Shown piece by piece: positions 23,301-32,700 of a stretch of 64,000 nucleotides of DNA. Source of the DNA: Andalucia godoyi And28. Lineage: Eukaryota > Protista > Jakobida. Both the position numbers and the translations under genes were made by a program. A model generated the notes under the pieces. The model worked only from the letters and a program-made list of their open reading frames with translations. It did not search any database and was not told the origin of the DNA. The stretch is from contig VRVR01000022.1 of assembly GCA_009859145.1 (NCBI GenBank), forward strand, positions 248,001-312,000, written 5' to 3'. Numbering within the stretch: position 1 is the stretch's first letter; each line of letters begins with the position of its first letter.

Positions 23301-24399
23301 GTCGGCACAAACAGCCCATTGCTACTGCTCGACCCTGTCGATGCTCTTCCTTTGACAACAATGCAGCTTCAAATAGCCACGATCCAAAAATCTGCAAGAC
23401 CGTGTTTGTGTGCGGAGGATGCGGCAGCACAGGCGACGACTCTCCCTTTGCAACTTCGGGCTCAAACGTTCCGATATTGCAGAATACATCGCACATGGAC
23501 GCAATTCCCGAGATGGCTTGCAAGAACACGTCGGCATTTCGAATTTTCGACGGGTTTCCCAAAATCTGCAGTAATCGATTCCAGAGGAAAATGATAGTAT
23601 CATCGTCATACATGTCGACATCCATCGAAGAATTGCCTGCAGGAAACAATCGCTCGTCGAACGCATATGGTCCATACAAAACCCTGATTACCCTTCTATT
23701 CAGATGATTGCAAACCGCAACCCACTGTGCCACTGGCACTGTGTGGTCGCAGTACTGCGTGTAGAAGGATCTTAATTTCTCCCAGATGCCAATCGTTTGC
23801 AAACCAGACCGCATCCACAGTTCCAGCAAGACCCGAAAGAGCTGTGGAATCAGCTCATGCACCCCCTTGTGGGCACGCAGCGTTGCATCCGTGACACCGA
23901 GCACCACATGCAACAGCACCTGCCAGGAGTCTGCAGTCAACATTCTCGGCCTTTCCCTTCCGATCCAGATGAAAAGATCCAGAATCTGCGTGCAGAGCTG
24001 AACGTGCCGCTCCAGCACCGGCCCAGAGCACCCGCGCGTCTCAAACATTAGCGAAAAATGCTTGAACATATCTTGAAAGAATATTTGGGCGTGGGAAGAC
24101 TCGAGAAACGCAGGAGGACGCATCGCTGCATTCTGAATCCACGAACGATAAATGTCCACAGCGTTCTGAATAACATCAGAGTCGTCAATTGGCAAAGCAA
24201 ACGCCTGGCCAAGACACTCAAAGCTCCAGTCCATCTGCGCCTTTGTGGTAAAAACTGCCGAAGACCGCACATCGTTCCGTACAAAGGACACAATCTGGGA
24301 AACAAGTGTGCGGCGAACCGGAAGCGGATAGATCATCAGCATTCCTTTCGTCTTGTCCTCTTCCAGCAACTTTACGTTGTGGATCCAGCTAAGAAACAT
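20368..24399 (-). CDS. RalGAP-like protein (RapGAP/TSC2 family GAP domain)
   Basis: N-terminal MFLSW, WSFECLGQAFALP, VDIYRSW, NTVLQIFGSWLFEAA and GRAVAMGCLCRLFC resemble RALGAPB. The C-terminal GAP domain has ECHKIGIIYV and KRHVGNDHVHIIY. Confidence 0.85.
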   Translation of the reverse strand: MFLSWIHNVKLLEEDKTKGMLMIYPLPVRRTLVSQIVSFVRNDVRSSAVFTTKAQMDWSFECLGQAFALPIDDSDVIQNAVDIYRSWIQNAAMRPPAFLESSHAQIFFQDMFKHFSLMFETRGCSGPVLERHVQLCTQILDLFIWIGRERPRMLTADSWQVLLHVVLGVTDATLRAHKGVHELIPQLFRVLLELWMRSGLQTIGIWEKLRSFYTQYCDHTVPVAQWVAVCNHLNRRVIRVLYGPYAFDERLFPAGNSSMDVDMYDDDTIIFLWNRLLQILGNPSKIRNADVFLQAISGIASMCDVFCNIGTFEPEVAKGESSPVLPHPPHTNTVLQIFGSWLFEAALLSKEEHRQGRAVAMGCLCRLFCRNTGGSVDPQYLARFYAVLRIGITKHDVLSQEAILFHGQSLFAMEFPGSRMLVPFYLGFLEVVLKTPATFRAEHRKAAITILGSFISVPNHFLVSEEGMIRRNEDAIAVGSLYMTVKPRLRDLLLDCIRSESDPLCLQMLLWCLVLFAYDESSRGFSAMVDTIVGSITEPLCSPGRWPYDVCVTAFKALSSLSFIPSDPRVLPSLKFPTLAISSLCTLTDHFLSSIVAANRVASDAEQTVIEESFYAIVDWTVAYPQRLTTGSDVASQMFRCIDVALMGFQYGQKTESNLSEVSTPPATTEKDKERDRKTLSPNQTDSRKSSKAAPKPPSACPIAQFPRRIQEAALFLYFSILNTVAHFPTTAGASRMSSLVDDDMSPEDDAAAIGVSKGKPNTEFFLMNNNSVVSVVERNPSVVDPEACVQDSSVQSTIMVRNMTGRYSWNFSIVRGEKQQLTGSTEEIFIASQDKAILSDLQADLQLELEAQQARASAAVLSMKSSASPVYMDRLRADLASLAEDDASNQVVRSYSTGPLDPSKWDLLDHTVTELSRRMSRSDVRQRKVSTVSRDEPPLSTVLRKEFSAAVADDLANPRGPMDPWSSSSCVALPFEELAPSNYASRINYSRLALCHLGLTDRSFRSDFLRLDTSQKNTFRSLRMLDRTAERECHKIGIIYVGHGQEAQHEILENDSGSDAYNDFLRSLGWLVDVSRHDGFLGGLDMSTGQFSPYYADHKCEVAFHAPTMMPTKEGDKQQIAKKRHVGNDHVHIIYSDHYHDYRVKTIRSQFNFVHIVVYPLPSGLYRIRVYTKEGIGLQHIGPLLNNMVCSKAVLGELVRQTAVHATRLVRFMQSGYKRPFPTRKDLLEELFVRVMDLPEEKYYGSLFAREPGQISDWRVVVGEALSLPPLLEFPISVAISNGSNTKGTSQFTKMGRDASSAFAVSTNEEQAMANEDDEPFEAREVEMGFVNPSFQDALNEA

Positions 24400-24721
24400 G
24401 ACTTGCTTATTTACACCAAACACAAGACAGATAAGCCGAGGAAAAAAGAAGCTACAATTACAATGTAACAAACAAACAGTACAGAACTCAATGGACAAAT
24501 AATAATAAAAATAAAAACAAGAGAAATATATATGAATGATGGATTGATATATGGTTTGCCCTTAGGATGGATTATTGGAGTTCGGAGTTCGTGAACGAAA
24601 GAAGAGAAAAGGCACCAAATGCCCGGGTGCGCAGCGATGGCAACAAAAATGTTACAGCTGTTGGGGGACGGGGAAAGAGAGAAAGGGGAGACAAAGCCCC
24701 GAATATTGTACATGTTGACAT

Positions 24722-27427
24722 TTAGGCTTTTGGTTCGGTGGGCGGGTTCTTGTTGCCGTACAGCATGTCGATGAAGCGGACAATCAGTGCGGTCCAGCCG
24801 GTTTGATGGCTGGCGCCTAATCCGCGACCAGTGTCTCCGTGGAAATACTCGTAAAACAAGTTTAGCTTTGAATCCGCTGGCGACTGCTCATAGAGGAAAC
24901 ATTCGTGCGGATTGACCCACGCGCGGTCTTCAAACAGCTTCACATGTCTGCGGGCAAGTTCGTGGGCCGCCTGTGAAAGACTGAGAGACGTTTGGGTTCC
25001 ATCTAGTTTCGTCAGCATTACTACAAACCCGTCCTTGAAAAACTCGTGATACTTCAGAAGAGATTCTGTGAACATGTACATAGGAGCAGTCCAAATTGGA
25101 CCTCTCCAATTGGAATTGCCACCAAACATTCGGCTCTCCGAATCTCCTGGAGAGTACCCGACCACATGTTCCACATTATGAATCGTGCATCGATAAGGGT
25201 TCTTTTCGTGAAACTTCGACAGCGATCGAACGCCATACGGAGCCAAAAACTCATTTTCGTTGAACAAGTAGCCTAGCAAAGATATGAGCTTCTCTTTGTT
25301 TGCCAGCGACAGCAAGACTTTGCCGTGCTCGTGATCAAACGTCAGGTGCTGACTAAGCAGAGGTTTGTTGTGCACAAACCATTCGAATCGCTTGGAGAAC
25401 CCAGGGAGGTGCTTCATTCGGCTGAGATCAAGGATCTCCACTGCCCAGACAGGAATAAGACCGACGAGAGATCGGATTCCGACAGGTGTGAATTGATGGG
25501 ATCCAGGGAAAACCATCTGATCATAGTAGAATCCGTCTTCGGAATTCCAAAGGCCCGAGCCACCGAGAGTATTCATGGACTTGCAAATGCTGACAAAATA
25601 CTCGAAGAATCTGCTTGCCATGTCTTCATACGCGACATTGACATGATGCTGCACAGGATCCCAAGCAAGTTCCATGGCAATCGCAAGCATGTTCAGACAA
25701 AATACCCCCATCCACGAAGTTCCATCTGCTTGAATCAGATGAATGCCCGTCGGCAGCGACGACCGGTCAAAGATGGATATGTTATCCAGTCCGAGAAAAG
25801 ACGCACCGGAGAATACACTTTTCCCCATTGTGTCCTTGATGTTGGTCCAGTGCGTAAAGTTGACAAGCAGCTTTTGGAAGCAAGACTCTAAAAACGCACG
25901 ATCTTGGCTGCCAGTCATTCTATAGACCTCCAAGCACGCCCACGCATGATTGGGAGGGTTCACATCTGAAAACGCCCACTCGTAAGCCGGAAGCGCCCCA
26001 GACGGATGCATGTACCACTCCCTCAGGAACAATGTAAGTTGCTGCTTTGCAAAATGCGGATCGATTTCTGCATATCCAATGCAGTGGAAGCAAAGATCCC
26101 ACATGCAGGGATAAGGATACTCTGTGTTGTCCGGAACCGAGACAACGTCCCTCGCAAAGTAATGCAGCCAGTCCTTGTTTCGTCCATTGCGCCTTTCTGC
26201 CGGAGGATCTGGAAAGGCGTTATCGCCTTCCAGCCAACTTTCCACAACGTAATGGTAAAAGATCTTGCTCCACAAAAGGCCAGCATAAGCTTGACGCAGC
26301 ACATTGGACAGCGAGCAGTGGGCCACTCCAGAGGTGCAAAGCTTGATTGTCTTGTAGTAGTCATCCGCTTCTGCAATTCGATCCCGAAATACCGCATCAA
26401 ATCGACTCCCCCACGGAACCGGAGCACACTGGGCACAATCAAACAGCTGACAGCAGATTGTAGACGACTCCTCCGGACCCACGGTAACAGCATAATGAAC
26501 GGCTGATTTGGATCCAATCTTGTGCGGATTCACGGTGCTTGAATCTCCACGAATGATGAATTCGTGAAAGGCGTCCTTCACAAAGTCGCTCTTGTTGTCG
26601 ACTCCGAACAGCTTCTGGAAATTCGTCTCGTTCTCCGTGAACAGCGTTTCTCGAAACCCGGGATGGGAAGCATCATACGCAAAATGGAACGAGCCAAGCG
26701 TCTCATGAGCCAGGCTGAACGTGTTTGGAGTATCCTTCATCTGGCGGATTCTTGATGGTGCCTTCCAACAGCCCTCATGATCGCATTCCCAGGCCCAGGT
26801 GTTCCGGAACCACAGCTGCGGTATCACGTGTATTGTCGAAACACTGACTGGATTCCTGTTTGTGACCTTTATGCGCATGAGCACATGATTATGGTCTGCC
26901 TTTGCGTACTCGACTTGCACGTCCCAGTAGGCCCGTTGATCCATGATTTTCGTGTCGACAAGCTCGAATTCGCAGTCCTGGAGTCCGCGAGTGAGATTCT
27001 CTTGCACCAGCTGGGTGTATGGAAACTCGCTTTGCGGATACTTGTACAGCGCCTTCGCATACGAATACGTTGGCGTCGCATCCAAATAGTAGTACAGCTC
27101 CTTCACATCTTCTCCATGAACCCCTTCTGGACCCGATACCATGAAAAACCGCTCCTTCAAGATCGGATCGACACCGTTCCACAACACAGGAGCCAGGCAA
27201 ATCCGACACTCGCGATCCGTGAATCCAAAGATTCCGTCCTCTCCCCATCGATATGCCCTTGACCGAGCATGGTCATGCGGGAAGTAATTCCAAGAATCTC
27301 CGTTTGCAGAGTAGTCCTCACGAACCGTGCCCCATTGCCGCCCGCTAATATACGGACCAAACCGCTTCCAGTTGCAACGCCTCAGACCGTCCTCCTCCAG
27401 CCTCTGAATCTCTGCATGGTGCTTCAT
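24722..27427 (-). CDS. GH63/MGH1-like glycoside hydrolase (YMR196W-like family)
   Basis: Motifs WKRFGPY...RQWGTVREDYS, ARSRAYRWGEDG, HGEDVKELYYYLDATP, EYPYPCMWDLCFH, PAYEWAFSDVNPP, GGNSNWRGPIW and FYEYFHGDTGRGLGASHQTGWT. Likely ATG at 27427. Confidence 0.88.
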   Translation of the reverse strand: MKHHAEIQRLEEDGLRRCNWKRFGPYISGRQWGTVREDYSANGDSWNYFPHDHARSRAYRWGEDGIFGFTDRECRICLAPVLWNGVDPILKERFFMVSGPEGVHGEDVKELYYYLDATPTYSYAKALYKYPQSEFPYTQLVQENLTRGLQDCEFELVDTKIMDQRAYWDVQVEYAKADHNHVLMRIKVTNRNPVSVSTIHVIPQLWFRNTWAWECDHEGCWKAPSRIRQMKDTPNTFSLAHETLGSFHFAYDASHPGFRETLFTENETNFQKLFGVDNKSDFVKDAFHEFIIRGDSSTVNPHKIGSKSAVHYAVTVGPEESSTICCQLFDCAQCAPVPWGSRFDAVFRDRIAEADDYYKTIKLCTSGVAHCSLSNVLRQAYAGLLWSKIFYHYVVESWLEGDNAFPDPPAERRNGRNKDWLHYFARDVVSVPDNTEYPYPCMWDLCFHCIGYAEIDPHFAKQQLTLFLREWYMHPSGALPAYEWAFSDVNPPNHAWACLEVYRMTGSQDRAFLESCFQKLLVNFTHWTNIKDTMGKSVFSGASFLGLDNISIFDRSSLPTGIHLIQADGTSWMGVFCLNMLAIAMELAWDPVQHHVNVAYEDMASRFFEYFVSICKSMNTLGGSGLWNSEDGFYYDQMVFPGSHQFTPVGIRSLVGLIPVWAVEILDLSRMKHLPGFSKRFEWFVHNKPLLSQHLTFDHEHGKVLLSLANKEKLISLLGYLFNENEFLAPYGVRSLSKFHEKNPYRCTIHNVEHVVGYSPGDSESRMFGGNSNWRGPIWTAPMYMFTESLLKYHEFFKDGFVVMLTKLDGTQTSLSLSQAAHELARRHVKLFEDRAWVNPHECFLYEQSPADSKLNLFYEYFHGDTGRGLGASHQTGWTALIVRFIDMLYGNKNPPTEPKA

Positions 27428-27856
27428 GTCTTTATTTTCCTCCCCCTCCTGCTTCTTATTCCTTTTTTTAATAAAATGTTTCTTTCTCTTCTTCTCTGCC
27501 AGCCTCGATTCTTGGTAAATGCAAAAGGGGGTTTCATACCAGAGTGCGGAACTGTTCAAGCTGAGATTCAAAAATAGGAAAGGACCAAATTAAAATGAAA
27601 AAAAACACGACGGGCAATACGCTCCGACAACTTCCACTTTCGAGAAGCTCTGTTCGGGAGCTTTTTTCGCCGGATGTCGGTCTTTTTTTTTGTCGGACAT
27701 TTCACAAGCACTCAACTAGCCTCGAATGGGCAACCCCCCGACTCGGCCGCTCTCCCCTTTCTCCGATGCTCCGCTGGTTTCCTTTCTCCACTGTTGCTCT
27801 TCGCGTTGGCTGCGCTTCCTGGGGTGAGGGGAACGCACACGGCTGGTGGAAAAAAA

Positions 27857-29632
27857 ATGTTTGATTTGCGACGTGTTGACGCATACATCACGTTGCAAGG
27901 AGCGGATTCTGCAACTTTGTGGTCTTTCAGCGCGGATCACCAAGACTGGACATTCAATTCGTTGACGCTGCCTGATTCGGCAATTGCATTCCGCTACGCA
28001 ACGTGCGTGTATGTATGCGAAATCGATGCATTTGTCGCTCTGTGTCTCCTGGAGGTTGTGCATGGCAGACTTTGCGTATATGGACTGGATTGCTCGCGTC
28101 GATGCTTCTCAGATCCTCTATGCAGCTCGTTTGCCCTGTCATCATCAAGTCCGCGGTTCCAGTGCGTTCCTTGTGCATCAGGGTTTTTGATACTGGATGA
28201 TTTTTGCAGTGTCCATTTTGTAGATTCCCGCGGCCATCTTCATGCGCTCTCATTGTTTCCCGAGTTCTCGCACGTACACGGAATGTTGGCTGTCTCTGGA
28301 GAGCAGTGGGCGTACGTGAGCGGCTTCTCAAATAACGAACCCAAGTTGCTACGAATCGAGGTGTCCCCATGTGTTGGGCTCTTGGCTAAAGTACCGTGCA
28401 TGGAGATCAATGTCAGAAACCAGGAACGGAGTGATCCAGCATCGCCGAGACATATCCGTCTGCCAGTGGGACTGCATGCGCCAAATTTGCTGATGTTGGA
28501 CGATTCTCCGGCGCTGTCCTACGTTGACGCTGCGACTGGCAAGACAGTCGGAAACTCCGTGGATCTCACGTCTTTTGGATTCTCGGACATGTCCATGCTT
28601 ACGATAATACAGCTTGTTCAGAATTCCGTGTGGTGTTTTGGCCTGGTTTGCAGGGCCAGCAGAAAGGCTCTTGTCATCGAAGTGCAGACGCTGTCTGTTT
28701 TGTCAACCTTGGAAAATGTGCAGGCGTTGTTGTTGAATTCGCGACAGGACCTGTTTGCGATTGAAGCAGGCCAAGTCGTTGGCAGGATCCAAATCCCACT
28801 GGTTTACTTTCCAAAGTCTGTCAATCCTTCCGTACGTTCTCTCTCGATCTTCAGTTCACAACTACGGCAACAAAGACTGGCGGAAGACGCGACGGTGTCG
28901 CTCAAACGGGCGATCATGAATAGATGGGTGCAATGCATTGACGAATGCAAATCCACGTCGAAAAGGAACAGCTTTGTTTTTGAGGACCTCTTGCCCGTCG
29001 TGGTTGAGCATGAACATGCCCCGCTGCAGCAAGCGGCTCAACCAGGTGTCCGTGCCGACCATGTCTTGAAGATTGAGAGTTGTCGCGGATGGGTCCGCAG
29101 CTCCAATCCCGGAAAAACAATAATTGTTTCGTTTTCATTGGGTTCACAGATTCCTCCGGAAATTTTAAAATCGGTGGATGTCACAATCCACACCTTGTTT
29201 CCTTGCGGGCGTCAAGAAACGTGCATTCACCCGACAGGCCATGTAGTTTGCTGCTGGACAGATGGCAGTGCTGTCGAGGACGTCCAAGTGCAGCTGCTTG
29301 TATCTTCGCATACCAATTCGTTTCGTGCAGTCCGCGAAGTCATCGCTCTGGAAACAACTGTGGCGCTTCCCAGCCTGCTACCGTGGTTCTGTCCGGTGAG
29401 CCTGCGTCTCAATAGTGTTGATGCTGTTGAGTTATTGATGAAGACACTCAAGTCCGCTGACAGTCGCTTCAGCATCCGGTCTGTCAACAGATCTAGCAAA
29501 CAAGTGGAAGCAGTCGTCGAAGCCACATCCTTTCCAATGCTATGCCAGGCCTTAGGGGCACTGGCGGCCGCAACATCTGGAGGAAGACTTGGAACAATGA
29601 TTGTATCCGACCAAACGCTTCAGCGGAACTGA
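27857..29632 (+). CDS. Uncharacterised protein, possibly FANCB/FAAP100-like (propeller, coiled coil, beta-sandwich)
   Basis: Long ORF with ATG at 27857. Beta-rich N-terminal half, then a helical segment QLRQQRLAEDATVSLKRAIMNRWVQCI, then a beta-rich domain. Family assignment rests on weak architectural resemblance only. Confidence 0.6.
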   Translation: MFDLRRVDAYITLQGADSATLWSFSADHQDWTFNSLTLPDSAIAFRYATCVYVCEIDAFVALCLLEVVHGRLCVYGLDCSRRCFSDPLCSSFALSSSSPRFQCVPCASGFLILDDFCSVHFVDSRGHLHALSLFPEFSHVHGMLAVSGEQWAYVSGFSNNEPKLLRIEVSPCVGLLAKVPCMEINVRNQERSDPASPRHIRLPVGLHAPNLLMLDDSPALSYVDAATGKTVGNSVDLTSFGFSDMSMLTIIQLVQNSVWCFGLVCRASRKALVIEVQTLSVLSTLENVQALLLNSRQDLFAIEAGQVVGRIQIPLVYFPKSVNPSVRSLSIFSSQLRQQRLAEDATVSLKRAIMNRWVQCIDECKSTSKRNSFVFEDLLPVVVEHEHAPLQQAAQPGVRADHVLKIESCRGWVRSSNPGKTIIVSFSLGSQIPPEILKSVDVTIHTLFPCGRQETCIHPTGHVVCCWTDGSAVEDVQVQLLVSSHTNSFRAVREVIALETTVALPSLLPWFCPVSLRLNSVDAVELLMKTLKSADSRFSIRSVNRSSKQVEAVVEATSFPMLCQALGALAAATSGGRLGTMIVSDQTLQRN

Positions 29633-29701
29633 GAAATAACACACAAAATAGATATACTTTCGCGAGGTCATCTTGCGGGTGGAAGCTTCTGAAGCGAAAT
29701 C

Positions 29702-32700
29702 TCAGTCGTTGGTCCATTGGTTCGTACGAATTGGCGAGGCAATTCCACGGAGATCAACGGATGAAGGGTCTTTGCCCTCTTCTCGGAGGAGTTCTTGGTA
29801 TAACCTTACACTCTGCTCCAGCGCAGACAGCATTGCGAAGTTCGATTTGCCAAAAAGCACAGCTCTCTGAAGAACTTCCATGACTTTGAAATAGACATTG
29901 CCCAAGCGGACGACCGTTCCGGATGCCGTTTGTGCAGGATCAAACGGACCCACGGTCAAGGTTGTGCTTTTGATGAAGATTCTTTCCGAGATGCAAAGAG
30001 TGTCGAAGCGTGGAAGATGGCGGGATTCTTGTTCGTGCATCACGGCAAGAGCGCTCTCAATGTTTGGAACGAACACAACATGTCGGAGCAGTCGCTCCAC
30101 GACTGCCATGTCTCGTCGGCTGTGCAAGGGTTCAAGAATATGGGTAGCCCTTCGACATCCATGCCGGCGCACGTACTCAGGCAGCGGGAATTCCTTGTCC
30201 GGATGCCCAGACCCAGAAATATGAACAACTGGTAAACGACAAGACAAGCACCTCTTATATTCGTCATCCGTTCGAGCTAAATAGCGTCCCAGCACATCCG
30301 AGAACTGCCAGCAAAGTAGGGACCCGAGTTCCGCAATCGACTCGATTGTTTCATCAAGCTCGCTTTTTGGGGCACGAAGAACGACAATATCCACCAGTTG
30401 ATCTATTCCAATGCAGTTCTTATGTTTTGGCCCAAGCCGAGTAAATGGTTGCATCTTCGAGCGTAAACTTGCTCGTAACCGTTGCAGCTTGTCCATCGCA
30501 GAACCCAGGTCGGCGCTGGACGAAATGGAGAATTGCTCAGCCGTAATCGATCCCGTAATATCATTCAGAACGCGCTGGAGGACGGCGAAGCGGTACCGAA
30601 GATTGTAATCCGATCTCCGGAATAACTCACATGCATCAACCGATGTGCTCTCCAATGACGTGCGCACGTAATCTGCGAACACCTGTACCAAGTCCACTTC
30701 CACAGTCCACATGTGTGGAGCAAAAAACCGCCGACGCTGCTCCATATATGAGACCTTGAAAACGCGGGGCATGTCGCACAGCAAACTGTCAGAGTGGAAA
30801 ATGAAGACTGGACGGTCATCCTTGACTTCTTGCAAGCGATAGGCGATAACATCACAAATCACGTCCACAGATTGCTGAACAATATGCCGATCTGCGAAAT
30901 CGAGATACCCTCCTTCAATGATGAGAGAAACCTCCAGAGTCGGCGCACAGCTTCCTTGGTCAGCACCAACTAGAAAACGTGCCTCAAGACGTCGAACAAA
31001 GCCCACACCATCTGCCATGCATCTCTCCAACAGTAGTTCCGTTGGTGCACCACCACCCAAACTTCGAAGTTTTCTTCCAGTGCGGCTTTCCGCACCTCTG
31101 CCGTTCTCCAGCACGCAGAGAGAGAACTGAAGGGCAGCTTCCTGTTGATCGGGATCAAAAACAATGGTAACATCATCGACAGCGCATTCCCCATCAACAA
31201 ATTTCGACGAAACCGTAATCCTGTCAAAGGGAAATATCTTGCAATGGACACCTAGTACAGCAACTCTCATATCATTCGCTACACCAGACGTGACAGAATT
31301 CCCACCGACATCGAATAGCCGGAGCTTCAAACAACGAAACGCAAACATCGCTTGCACAGGGAGTCGGCGCATTTGGGGATGATCTTCCAGTTTCCAACCG
31401 TCGATTTCGTAGAGGCGAACCGTACTAGGAGATCCAGGTACTACATTCACATACAACGCATCCGTTGTCAACGAAAATTCATCGAAACTCAACCGGAACA
31501 CAATTCCCACGCAACCAACATGGGCCACAAACGAAGGACATGAAAGCACTATGCAGTAGCCACCAATCTGAAGGATTGGATTTTCTGGTAAAAAATAGTG
31601 GTCGCTCTGGATGTGGCCCGCTGATTGCACTGCAAAATGGGAAAACTGAGAACGCACGTCCGTGAACGGTGTTCCCACATCACTGTCCACCATCTGTATT
31701 TTGGAGGGTGCATCCGGTGAGAACGGTAATGCATTTCCAAAGCGGTCCGTCATTCGAACGTACATTTCTGGGAGCCCTGTCCCACTGGCCACTTCGGGAA
31801 TCTGAGCGCTGGCAGCGTCGACGTCTTTCCAGGAAACAAGCAACCGTGACGGCAGCTCGGCTCTGAGATGAAAACTCAGATCAATCCCAAATACGGGTAT
31901 CAATGCATTTTTGAACCGGAGCGAAATGACGTACGACCCGTAGTTTGTGAGCGTAGGGAAAACGGAATCCACAAGATACGACGACAATGAATAATAATCG
32001 ACTAGTAGCTCACCACCGTTGATTGCGTGCTCACAAACTACGATTCCATTGCACAGTGCTTCCACACGCGGACTATCAGAATCGTGAAACATAGCGAAAT
32101 CCCCATCGGCAGCGAGCAAACGAAACCGTATGTCCGGTATCCTGGACCCAACAGGCACAATCCCAGTGAACTGCATGCTAGGAAAGGAATCCGATGTGAC
32201 ATCCGAATCTGCCTTCAGAATATGGAACGGGTCCTCGATGGCGGCAGTGCAGGGGTATCGCGAAGCTTCCACTAGGACAGTAAGAGAACACGCTGCTACT
32301 TCTGCTGTTGCTGCTGTTGCTTCTCTGTCATTTTGTCGGCATTCAATCTCAAGCAGAAATTCGCCGTTAACGGGAGGCACAAGAGTGCGATATTCTGGCA
32401 AACAGATATGCACGACTGAGGAAACGGGAAAGGGAACTGCGGCTTTGATCGTAGGGAAGCAGAGAACAGCGCTACAGGGAAATGGTACTGGGCTTCCGAA
32501 TCGATCGAATGCTGCCACCGTAAATGGAGGAACAGACGTTCCGGACCGAATTCGAGGCATTTGGTTTGCCGATGTTCCTGAGAATTGCGCCCGAATCGAG
32601 CAAAAAGTACCTGCACAGACGCTGCACGACAACTCCGTCGAGCCCAGGAGTTCGAGGCTTTCATTAAAGCCCGCAAGCAAACCACTGTCCTTTTCCGCGG

